DNA of 44,980 nt, the filler included, from Streblomastix strix (lineage: Eukaryota), in the NCBI GenBank assembly GCA_008636045.1. It is 2 parts of 2 records of this genome, joined end to end, with 100 filler letters (N's around TTAATTAATTAA, not from the genome) between each part and the next. Parts side by side here need not be neighbours in the genome. Positions count along the whole stretch, not along the records: positions 1 to 22,442 come from SNRW01000321.1; positions 22,543 to 44,980 come from SNRW01000322.1. One strand, 5' to 3'. The notes under the pieces were generated by a model. That model saw only the letters and a program-made list of their open reading frames with translations, searched no databases and had not been told where the DNA came from. Made by a program: the position numbers and the translations under genes. Positions 11,304 to 23,318 of the stretch are shown here, one piece after another (position 1 is the first letter of the stretch; every line of letters begins with the position of its first letter).

Positions 11304-14300
11304 TCATTATTTAATTTGATAAATTTTTGAATTCAATCCAAAGATATAGGGTGCGCAACTCTGATTCTCTAGTACAATCATTTTTGAATGAGCTCCAGAT
11401 ATATCATTCTTTGACATAGATAAGTTGCTCATTATTTTATTCTTTTATGCTAATATTGTATTAGTAACTCTCATTATTTTTCCTTCTTTAATATTATCTA
11501 TAAATGTCTATTCATTTATTTATGTATTTTATCGTAATATAACACCTTTCGATACTAATGACACATCACCACATTCATCGTTAATGATATAATTTTAAGT
11601 GATAATACTATGCAATTTAATCATTATTTTTCGAAATGAACCCCTAATATCTTCCTCTGATTATCTTTACTGAAGAAGAATCCTTTAGTTTTATCATAAA
11701 ATTCTTAATCTTTAATTATGACATCAAATCGTTACTCTGAACCTCTATTCTTATCACCACTTATCGCTAGTGTCAAGCTATCGGTATCTAATTATATTAT
11801 GTGCATCTTCGTTTGGTCGAATGCTTTATACAAGAAATTATATATGAAATTGATGTAGAAATATTTAGCAGAATCTAAGGTGAAGTATCCTACTTATAAA
11901 CAGTTATTGCATCTACAATACTCAGAATCTACTTAAACTGCATGCAGATTATCTGTTATTTCTATATCGTGATAATGTGATCCAAATAGATGGGACTAGA
12001 ATGTATAATCATCATCAAATAGTCTTATATTACTATATTTTTCACTGTTTAATATGTCTCCTCAAAAAGCTGAATTCAAAATTAGCTTACAAAAGGTTGC
12101 AAGACCATCATTCTTCTACGATTTAGCTTCAGCATGCTATTGCATAAAATCCTTAACGAATCCATTAAATTTATCATGTTTACTGAATGTAGTTACTGAT
12201 TTAATTTCATCAATAATAAAGTAGAATTGATCTATTAAGATCCATAAATAATAGCAATTGAAACTCATTACTTCATGATGTGTATCTACTAAATTTGTTA
12301 ATTTTCTTTCAATTTTATCTCTTGGCAAGTTACTATCAACTAAATGTTTATACATATATTTTCCGATAGTCTCTTCATTAACTGGTATATCAATGTTTCT
12401 GATTATTGGACCAAAACCAATGCAAAAATTAATATAATTTTCATCAATATGTCCACGAACTTGTGCTATGAATAACGGTACGGATTTGCGTATTTATTCA
12501 TCTTCCGTAAACCTATTTGAGCTGTAAATTATCTCATTACATCTATCTTAATCTACTATATATTCAAGCACTTATCCACACATGAACATCTTATGGCAAG
12601 TTTATCGGATAAGCGGATACGATTCTGAACTCATTATACTCGCATACTAGCTATCAAAATCTAACTAAATAATATGTGTCATTATATGTTCTGAATCAAT
12701 AGAATATACACATTTTTTCTCAACATCATATTCTAGATGATTAATCCTTGTTTCTCCAGCTACATTATATCGATGCAGCACATTGCTCAATCCTCCAGTA
12801 ATATTTTTTCTAATTATCTGATATACTTTTTGGTTCACTAATGTCACTGGTAGTTACTTTAATAAGCTATATTTTCTTAATTATATCATTAGTTTCATCT
12901 ATTTTTCATCACGATTACCTTTATACTTATTGCAGTACAAACAACATGGAAGTACATTATCTTTTGAATGACTTAATTCATTATCAATTCTATCTAATGT
13001 AGGGCGATTTTTCCAAGTGAATTTTGATTGACAGATATAGTATCTCTAATTTTCGAATATTTCTTTAAAATATTCATAATCATCAATGGTTACGCTATTG
13101 CTTGTATATCTTTTTTTCTTCTAATCTTATTCAATATAACTCTCTACTTTAGCTCTCTAATATGGTATAGTAATATTAATGGGTTTATCTGTATCTTCTA
13201 CATTATAGTTTCCATTCATTTCAAAATCATCATATGCACTGGAATATATAATCGCATTGGCGCATTATGACATATTAAACATAAATAGCATATCGATCTT
13301 ATATTTGAACATCATCTTGATTAAATTATCGATAGGTTCAATCATAATAGGTGTATCTTATACGTTATAATATCTTAAATAATCCCATCTAGTTGCGTAC
13401 TTTGCTGCTTCGACAAAATATTCTTAATACTTCGCTTCATTTAATGATTTATTCTTCAATTTATTATCGAATGCTTCTCTAGGAAATGGCTCAGGTTTAT
13501 CTAGTTCTGTAGCATAGTTAGTAACGTTGATAAATTCATGTGGAAATCGACCTTTTTTCATAATTGACATTCCTATATCTCGAACAAACACTTTAAGTTT
13601 CATCTTGGTACAATAGATCAATGCGTCTACGAATCTTAGTTAAATATGTGTATCCTTATGTCGAACTGTTATCTATTTAGCAACGGTTCCGCTACCTATA
13701 TGTTTAACGATTTTCCAATTCTTTGATTTCAAATTCTTAAATACTAATGATACATCGAACTTAGCAGAATTGAATCCTATCACTGGCACTTCAAAATGTT
13801 ATGGAATGCTCTCATCTTCATACTTATTATCTTTCTTTATTTGCTTCGCTTCTTCGAATACCTAGTCTAACCATTAATCCAAATAATTAGCTTATCGAAT
13901 ATCGTAACAGAATGAATGTATACCTGATTTATTCTTGACAGTAGATGCGATACAATAAGGAATAAGTTATGATACAACCATTGATTCTTCTCCATAATTC
14001 AACTAGATGAATTTATCAAATGTTTCTATGTCATATGTTATATAATATTCAGTAGGCTTAAACTCATTTTCTCTACCATATACGAATAGGTATCTATAAG
14101 TAACGTTACTAAGTATGTGCGGAACGAATGGACGAGCAAATTTCTCCAATATAACTTTCGTCACTATTTTACAATTGTTTTTCTTACATTTTTTCATATG
14201 TCTTTTCATATCTCTATTTATATTAGGATTTGATGTCTTGAACGCCTATAATTTACATATATCACAATAACGATATCCAGTTAGTGCCTAAACATCAGAG

Positions 14301-15661
14301 ACATATAATAAATGTGCATTTACCCCATTATTCATGAGAAGCACATTAAAGTCTCTCGTTGATGTTGGACGTTAATAATGATGGATAGCGTAATAATTTT
14401 ATTATTTTTCATTATCTCCATATGTAAATACATGCACATTAACCTATTCTTTATCGATGAATTCATCTACATCAGTTGCGAAATTGAAGCCTTAATATGA
14501 ATCATCGAATTCTTTTCCATAAATTCTTTTAAATATTCTCTTTCCTTCAGCGATTCTAGAACCATCTTTCCATCTTTTTTCCTTTGAGTTAGGCATAGTA
14601 ATGAATGAATATGCAGTAAAGAAACATAGATTCTATTTGCATTCTACATAGTAAATTTCTCTTCATTTGATGTGTTTTTATAATAATAGGATAGCAGCAT
14701 TCACCAATGAAAATTTATATACTCATATCATTACTGAGAATATTGCTACAATTTTTTAATGAGTATCCTCTTATGTCCTCTCTTACATATTTGTAATAAC
14801 GTCACGCATATAATGCTTATATTCAACGATATTCTCTTATGATTTTATGATTAATGGAACTCTTCTTTCAGGGTTAGCATCTACTGGAAGTACATATTTA
14901 TAACTAATCTTCTATTCATTTCCATCATATTCAGCTGTTTCAATTATTTTTCCAAAATCAGCTCTAATTTTGAATGCAGAACGCTATTATTGTCGATATA
15001 TTTGATCAAGAAATGTATCTAGTTAATCTAAATTTGCTAGATTCCTGTAATATGGTATTGTAGGTTTCTCTCTTGGATCTATGTTATTATTTACTTAGAA
15101 TGATAGAGTTTTAGTATTATTATCAAATCTTTCTAGAGCCTTATTCTTTACTATATTAAATTTAGCATCATCAGCTGCATCACATAGAATTATAATGTTA
15201 TTATCTGCAACTTAATGGAAAGGTTTATTCATATATTTTTAATGCAGTTCGTCCATCTCTTCTTCATGAGTTTTGAACATTGAATCTAGGTTTAAATTAG
15301 GAGTATTATGAAATTCTTCTATAGCTTAACGATTATGTATCTCATAAATATGTTCCATCTAGTGCTCATGACGTTATTCCTGCTATGGAAATTCTTTCTG
15401 AATTAGCTATCTCATTTTTGTTTTCATTTATTCTCTTTGTTATTATATTTGTGATTCCTATTCTGCTAATTATTTTTCAACATGTTCTATTATCGCTAAT
15501 TCAACTGCCTGCTCATCGTTTCTTTTTCCAAAATAATTAATTTACGTTAATATTTAAGATAATTTTGTACGTTAATCCTTTTCATTTATTGGTAAAATTG
15601 TATTTGGATCAAACAATCTAATTAGCTCTTATACTTTATCTAGACGAATTTTGATTGTCAT
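11304..15661 (-). pseudogene. Protein-primed family B DNA polymerase (pPolB 1) with TP-like, vOTU-like, zinc-finger and HNH/EndoVII-like domains
   Basis: ExoI ITYDIET, ExoII GFNSAKFD, RKNITGGL, motif A LDFDSQYAS, motif B KLILNSAF*G, motif C QLDTDS (DTDS 11777-11788). TGAs at 14723, 14663, 12062 and 11621 and a frameshift near 11595. Confidence 0.93.
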
Positions 15662-15694
15662 TTGATTTAAACAAAAATAATAACATCAACCTTT

Positions 15695-17017
15695 TCATTG
15701 GAATCCCATATTTATCAGAGTTTATCCTACATCTCCTTATATAGTTTAAATAAGCTGATGTGCTGTAGCATATAATCTTTATCCTTTTTTCTTTGTATTG
15801 AATATACGTTTAGAGATAGTTAAATCATCTAATTTTGCTTATGTATCTTAATGTTCATTTCTGTATTCCTGAATACGAGTTCCTTATGGATCAATTTAAC
15901 GAGTTGCTTATAATAATATTTAATTCCATATTTATGAAGCTAGTTTTGATACTAATGCAACATTTTTACTTGATCCTGCTCTTATGCAGTCCATATTTTA
16001 TGCAACTAATTTCTTGAATTAATTGTATTCAGATGGCATTTTATCACTAGCTATCCAATGATTATCTTCTGTAATATTTCCTTTGGTTAAAGCAGTATAT
16101 CTCTAATATGGAGTTAATAAACTATCATCAATACGAATTTTCTTATCTCTTCCTCTATTTGCACGTCTAGTGATATAATCGCCAATTCCATAATAACCCG
16201 CCATTGTGTATCTGCTCTTATATATTCTATGCTTGTCTTTATCCAATCCATCAAAACCCGGAACGGTGTAGAATCCATCAACTGCATAAATATTTCCATT
16301 ATTATTGTAAACAACCGTATTATCAGGAGTATTTACATCATTATCCAGATCTTGAGCTTCAACACGATAACCACGTTTTTCACGGTGACGTGCAATATAT
16401 TATTGAGCTGAACGTAATGAAGTAAGTTCACGATTTCTTTTAACATCTTTATTAAAGTATCCAATTAAAGTTGCAAGATCCTTTCCCGCAGCTGCTCTTT
16501 TTCCTTTAGCATTGTCACCTAAAATAATATCTTATAGAGCCGCATTTGGTTACACAAATTAGTCCATGTATATGTTTTGAATTGAGGAAAAATTTGTTTA
16601 TTGCGTTTATTCTATTGCACATATTGCTTAATTTAGTAAATCTTTCATCTAATTTTTGCTATCTGGATTTAATATAGTTGCATGTTACATTAGTTATTAC
16701 GCTACTTATGTTTAGGGTTATACTTCGTTCTGTTATGGCGCTTCAATCTATTGTAATGCTTCGTTCTATTATGAGGATATCTTCTAAGGTTTTTCCCAAT
16801 ATTTTTCTTATAATGCTAGATATCTAGATTAAAGATCTAAAATTGCTGCGTAATTATCTTTTTTTACATTTAATTTCTCTATTTTATACTATGTCTTGAC
16901 ATCATTGGTGGACTTATTAAGTTCATCAATATATAGTTGATTTTTACTACGATTAGCTATATATTTGATATCTCTAATTACTTTTAATGCTGCTCTAATA
17001 TCTTGTAATTAACTCAT
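15695..17017 (-). CDS. Viral hypothetical protein, 440 aa (intact)
   Basis: Uninterrupted code-6 ORF MSQLQDIRAALKVIRDIK...QDLDNDVNTPDNTVVYNNNGNIYAVDGFYTVPG...INMGFQ*, divergent from the ATPase. Confidence 0.75.
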
Positions 17018-17070
17018 TTGATATTTACAAAACGTTCATATAAGAGAATGAAATAATTAATAAGAAACAA

Positions 17071-17844
17071 ATGTCCTTAAACGCATATGTCGATCAATTA
17101 CTTAGTAAGTAGAAAACTAATAAACATGAAGTATAATACTCTATTCATAAAGAACTAAATTTCTCATATAATTCTATCAATCTACTCATAGGATAACGAG
17201 GAAGCGGTAAGTTATATTATGTATTCAAAGAGTTAATCAAATTGAGCTAATTGCCTATTAAATGATACACACTATTCATATATGTTACTGATAGCAATAA
17301 TGATATAACTTATAAGAAAATGAAAGATTTAATAACTATTCCAACAAAAATAGTTCCATACGCTGAAGCAAATGAGGTATTAGATGAAGTGATCGAATGT
17401 AAATAGGCTTATGATGAGGTTGTTGAAAAGAAATTAGAAAAATAAATGAAAAATGAATCAAAATAGGATATATTATCTAATATTGGAGCAAAGGACTTTT
17501 CTATCAAGTTTCCACACACAATAGTGCAGTTCGATGATGCTATGAGTATATTCAAAAGTAAGAATCATCCGTTATATAAGAAACTATTCAAAAATAGATA
17601 GCCTAGAATCACTTACTTCCTATGCTTATAAGATATAATTGGTTTGGATGCTAGTATTAAATCTAATGTTGATATAGTATACTTTTTCGGTGGTTTCAAT
17701 AGACAAAAATTCAATTTATTCTTCTATTAATCAAGCATTCCATTATATAAAGAAACGTTATGGAGAGAATATGTGCAATTAGGCAAACGAGAAGCATTAT
17801 TGGTACAGTATAATAAAGATGGAACAATTGTGAGAGTTATCTGA
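17071..17844 (+). pseudogene. A32/FtsK-like genome packaging ATPase
   Basis: Walker A LLIGQRGSGKL, Walker B TIVQFDDAM, and NRQPRITYFLCLQD (Arg and Gln motifs of A32-type ATPases). One in-frame TGA at 17263-17265. Confidence 0.85.
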
Positions 17845-17847
17845 TCA

Positions 17848-19109
17848 ATGAACGTACTGAAGCAATTCTTGAAATGGAAAAATAATTCATGTTCTATATT
17901 TCTTGAGAATAACATTCTTGATAAATTTGCGAATTCTTTGAACAAATATTAATTAGAAATATAATCATGTTCATAATCACAATCATAATAATAATAATCT
18001 TCATCTTCATCTTAACAAACAACAGATCATAATACTTAACAATTAATAATAATGAATATTTTGTAAATTATTAATGAAATAGTAAATCAATCTGGAGAAT
18101 TAATTCCATAATCATTGAAGATTTGGCAAGTATTGGAACAACTAAAGAAAAATATATCTGATAGATTAATTAGGAATTTAGCAGTACAAATTCTATCATT
18201 AAGAGAAATAAGTGAAATTTATGAACATGAATCTGCGATTGAAAGAGAATAAAGTTTAATTAAAATGATTAAGATTATATTTAAATAGAATAAATTAGAA
18301 GAAATTAGCTAAGATGTATGGAATGAAATGACTAAAATACTCAGAATTCCGATTGTTGGAACGAATGAAGAAAAATAAAAGATAATTAAATTATAAGAAG
18401 AAGTTTGTTAAAGAACAACTGAATTATACAAAATTAATTCAGAAACAGCTCGTAAGCCATCAATTGATTCAGGATTTGCCAAAGCACTTTTCAATATTTT
18501 AGAAACTCAAGAATTTGATAATATCACCTTTACACACCTTTAAGCTTTTCATTCTCTTGTATATCCTATTAATTATGAATTTAAATTAAAGCTTCATGAA
18601 TTAAAACCTTACAAGTGTCTTATTCGCTTATTAGATCACCCAGAAATAAAATATGTCAGACGTGCTATCGACATTGCATATCATTTTATTGCATCTGGAT
18701 TAGAATAAACAAAGCATTTGAAATCTTATCATCCACACTTTCAAGAAGAATAATAACTTGATGGAATTAATAAATTATTCCTAAAATTGAAAGATTTTCA
18801 AGGTAAATACTCAGATGATTATACAGCATTCTGTATTGGTTATCTATTTAAAGCTCAGAAGATTGAAAATGTTGAAATGAGAGATATTCTAATTAAAGAA
18901 TTGTGATTAATATACAAAACAAATCATGATAAATATTTAAAATCTTCTGCAAAGGTATCACTTTAGAACCTTGCTATGAATGAAGGTATATAAGATTTAA
19001 TTATTGACTAATATTATAATTATATATATTATAATTGCTTATAATATACTAATATATTTCAGACAACAAAGTTTCGATTGAAGCCAATGGTGATGAAGTA
19101 CCAGAATGA
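17848..19109 (+). pseudogene. Host ARM-repeat-like multigene-family protein (probably 5' truncated), intron 18986-19062
   Basis: Long code-6 frame with HPHFQEEQQLDGINKLF...YTAFCIGYLFKAQKIEN...SLQNLAMNE. A GT...TACTAAT...CAG 77-bp intron restores D-NKVSIEANGDEVPE*. One TGA at 18904-18906. Confidence 0.65.
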
Positions 19110-19843
19110 ATTTTACAATAATCATATCACTTAGCTCAAACACTAAATCTATTTATATTCAAATACAATATCTAAAGGAATTATTTATTATTAAATAAAT
19201 TGAATAAATTGCTTTTTATTTTTATTTTAAATGATAGTAATATTCATAATAATTGATTGAAAGTATTAAACTCACCTAATGGATAGAATTAATTAAATTA
19301 ATAATCAATCTTGGATAATTCATTGTTAAAAAATAAAACAGTTAAGGATTGAATTAAATTAATGATTAAGTGAGTAATAATAAAATTATATCTTCCATTC
19401 TTGCATACGCACTATTACCAAATGGTGATAATATTAATGATATTAATAGTTTATAGTCTCTGCTTGAGACTGTTATTATCTGAGTTTAAATATAAATCAC
19501 TTCATAATTATGTTTATTTATTGAAATTATTTACTATATGAATAAAAATTAATTATAAAAGTTTATTTCTATAACAATTGTGAACCATTTTAGTTTTTCT
19601 TTGCTTATAGTTTGATAAAAATGAAAAGTTGCTATTAATTAAATTAATAAATACATCATAATTACATCGGTATACAAAATATTACCAATAGTCCCACTTT
19701 GGCGATTGAGGAGTGTATATATTATATCCAACAACTTCACCTTTATTGAGTGATTACCATCAACTATTTGAAGTGATTCTTCTGGCCATTCCCCAACCAA
19801 TGTTTACAATGGGGTGTCCATTTTAAAAACTGCAAAAGAAAGG

Positions 19844-21771
19844 ATGACGCGCTGGACCAATTTTACCAACAGACGTCCATCGAGCAGGGATTCATACTAG
19901 ACACCGAATTACGCGAACTTAATACCGCAAAACCTACTACAGGTCGCCGCGCAGCCGTAACCGACGTTTGTGAACGCGTTCAGCCAGAACTTGGAGATAG
20001 ATCCACTGGACCCTGACTAAACAATAGCAACACCAGAAGAGGTACCGCCGAACTCAATAACAGCAACACATGTGCTCTTGGCTGGACTCTCTGGGCAGGA
20101 TACGTCACAAATCGATTTTTCTCGGAAGAACTGTCAGAAGAGCAAGTGGTAGAAACTAGACAATGCGCAAGAACAGCCACAGACTTGGTGACGCGCTGGA
20201 AACCGCCGAAGCATAATAACCCACCAGCGCAACCGATGCTCGCTTTTGACCAAGTTCTCGCAGATCTGGAAACGAAATTGTTGCCACAGTACAGACTGCT
20301 ACAGGGAACACTGACATAGATCGTAAAACGGGACTGGATAGCAACTCTGAAATTTAATTTGTGCACGTTCATAAGCATACACGACACGATTAACAAGGTA
20401 AGCATGAGGTGAGCGCTGATGTACATGACAGAACAAGGGAACTTACTGAAAACACAACCATCATCAGTAATACGTCCATGGTACAACAATTAGATACCGA
20501 GGTCGTTGCGAGCATTACCCCAGACTGAGGGAGCACATCCGGCTTCTGTAGATACATTACTAACGAGAATTGTAAGCATTACAGGAGAATTTGACTAGGG
20601 ACTGAAAAAGCTAACAGCACAACAAATAATAGTCTTGATCACGAGCAAGTCGGAGATAATGCCACCAGAATAGGCTCAGGATCTAGCTAGAAAACCGACA
20701 CCAGAAACCCAACAGATTGCCTTTTCACCACCACTGAGTCAATTACAACAGTAGAGCCTGAATCTATACGCACCACTCAATCCCTTTTACAACCAACCTC
20801 CTCAACAGAAGATATAGGGATAATAGCCATCACAATACCTCTTTCAATACTCTGGACAACCAATACAATACCCGATTTAACCGGTTCAGTTCCCAGTTAT
20901 CCCACCACTAAATCCATTTTTACCAACGGTGAACCCGCTGTAAATACAAATAAGCGAACCTCGACCATCAAACAATGAAACTGTAAAAAAAAATTAACAA
21001 GGTTCGATTTAGCCAAGTCAATAGATGGAATAAGTTGCAACATAAACAGTAGAGAGACCACGACAGAGTACAACGTCAATCAGAAGTGTACACAATATGT
21101 TGATTCCACCAATTCCAGCTTATCCGCAACAATAAACTCCTCGAATACCACTGCTGCCATACACAACAGAGATTAATCAACAGTAAAGACAGAGTTAAAG
21201 ATCAATATCTCTAACACATAAAAGAACAGATGAATCTGAAGATGATGACTTTCTAGATGAAATAATACCTGGAATAACAATGCCACATTTACCTCTGCAT
21301 ATGAGTGACATTGAAACAGCACAAAGAACATGGTAAAATAGAGAATATGATTTAGTAAGAGACCCTAGTGCGATCAAATACAAGAACTCGAAATAATATA
21401 GAAAGCTGACAACACAGAAGCCTTTCACATTTAGAGATTGGAAAGAGTTATGGTCAGATTCAGGCTTCTCATTGGAGTAAATCAACTTACCAAACTATCT
21501 GTCAAATGAGTACAAGTCTCAAAGTCCTCACCGCAAGTCCAAGAGAAATGAATCGATCATGATATATGAAAGGGAGAAGGAATATGCGATAAACAGTGGG
21601 AAAAGAATGAAAAGGTAGAGATTAGAAGAGCAACTCCTTGAGGAAGAAGCGAAAAGTAAACAGAATAGTGGTAGCAGCAGCAGCAGTAGTAGTAGCAGTA
21701 GTAGCAGTAGCAATAATAGCAAAAAAATACAAGAAGATTGGACAGGAAAAGGAAACACGGTAATCCCGTGA
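19844..21771 (+). pseudogene. DIRS gag-like ORF1 (~640 codons)
   Basis: MTRWTNFTNRRPSS..., frameshift near 20120, then ...LVTRWKPPKHNNPPAQPMLAFDQVLADLETK.... TGA at 20410, a Q/P-rich middle and poly-Ser near 21667-21720. Confidence 0.6.
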
Positions 21772-21775
21772 ACCG

Positions 21776-21868
21776 ATGGAGGTGAGAACTGGTTGGAGGA
21801 TGATTAACGCCATAGACAAATGGAGAAAGGGAGATAGATCGAATTTGATAGAAAATAATAGGCTATGA
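21776..21868 (+). pseudogene. N-terminal stub of DIRS reverse transcriptase ORF
   Basis: MEVRTGWRMINAIDKWRKGDRSNLIE resembles the GGRLxxFxxxW start of DIRS RTs. Similarity stops after about 30 codons. Confidence 0.5.
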
Positions 21869-22442
21869 TTCAATAATAATCCAAACCACAACAATCGCAA
21901 ATGTAAAAGGATCTAGAAGTAAATAAAAACGAAATATAAAGGCATTTAGAGCTAAAAACCACATTTCATTCACACAATATGACTAGGATACTTTAGCAAA
22001 CCCAAAAATAGATTTAAAGTACATAAGTCCATAACACAATACACCTCATAAACCTTCTTCACCACACCCTCAACAACATTCACCATCACCTTCATTGGAA
22101 GAAACATTAGCTATACTAAGAACAATTTCTCCCGTAGATCCACGAGGATATAAGGAAAGGGAATCAGAACCAAAATAACCTAAATTACGACAATATGCAA
22201 CACTAATGGATGTAATTGAAAGGTTACATGAAATAATGAAGCCAATAATCGAAGAAGAAAAGAAAAAACCCAAAGCCATGTTGCTTGGATAATACAAACA
22301 TTTCCTGAACAAATATGGTCCTCTTTTCTTCTATCCACCTAAGAACTATCGTCCATCACTGTCGTTTAGTAATCCTGGGATGTATTATCCTCTTGGTAAA
22401 TTCGCCCAAGCTTCGAGGTTGTCGGTTAGTCAAAGACAATAA

Positions 22443-22542
22443 NNNNNNNNNNNNNNNNNNNNNNNNNNNNNNNNNNNNNNNNNNNNTTAATTAATTAANN
22501 NNNNNNNNNNNNNNNNNNNNNNNNNNNNNNNNNNNNNNNNNN
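22443..22542. other. Artificial contig-joining spacer
   Basis: 44 N + TTAATTAATTAA (standard-code stops in all six frames) + 44 N = 100 bp. Confidence 0.97.
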
Positions 22543-23233
22543 TTTAAACAATTATAAAAAAAAAATTTGAAAGTGAATTAAAAAAGATTCACAATAAAAT
22601 TATTTATTAACGAATAAATTATATTAAAATCAAAAAATCGGAATTTAAACCTTAGCAGATGCAATTTAAATTTTAATTTAAGCAAAAATTTTCAGAATTT
22701 GTAAAATTTTGAATTTAAATATAATTTTAAAAATCAAAATATATATCAATTAATATTTTAAAAAATTAAGCGTAAATAAATTTATTTCTAATATAAATAT
22801 TTTATTTATTTATTAATTCAATTATTATTTGCCAATTTATGATTTTACATAATTGAATCAATAAAAAAAATGATGATATATTTATTAAAATATTCTGATT
22901 AATACGTTTACAATATGGCATAAAATAGAAATTTAACTTTTAATAGTGTATATTAAACGTATTAATTTTTTGTTTGCTTTCAATTAAAATTTAATTAAAT
23001 ATATATTTGGAGATTTAAATTGATTATTTATAGCATGCTGTTTATTTCATTCGTTAACTAAGAAAATTTAATGAATACTAAATTTCAAAATATTTCGATT
23101 TTAAAATTCATTTTGAATTTGTTAGAACTAAATTTCTTTTTCTATGAAAAAAGAATGCATTAAATGAAAGTTAATTTAATTAATACATTCATTTATTGAT
23201 AATTTGATCAAGCAATTTGATTGATTACAATTA

Positions 23234-23240
23234 TCATAAC

Positions 23241-23318
<78 letters not shown>

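Larger units (their letters stand above)
4900..17844. mobile_element. Polinton/Maverick-like endogenous DNA virus, element 1 (partial, decaying)
   Basis: Compact intronless cluster of primase-helicase, rve integrase, pPolB and A32-like ATPase. No TIR or capsid gene in this segment, and boundaries are approximate. Confidence 0.88.
19681..22442 (+). mobile_element. Second DIRS-like retrotransposon, 5' part (terminal repeat, gag, RT start), then an unrelated gag-like fragment
   Basis: Terminal motif shared with 589-659, a GC-richer purine-biased ORF1 and an overlapping RT N-terminus. The contig ends at 22442. Confidence 0.7.

Noticed and set aside
21667..21720. (AGC/AGT)n tract as a Polinton terminal microsatellite
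   Set aside because: It lies in frame as poly-Ser inside the DIRS gag-like ORF.
22443..22542. Palindromic TTAATTAATTAA within Ns as a biological site, and any linkage between the two halves of the window
   Set aside because: It is a symmetric 100-bp artificial spacer, so the halves are separate contigs.
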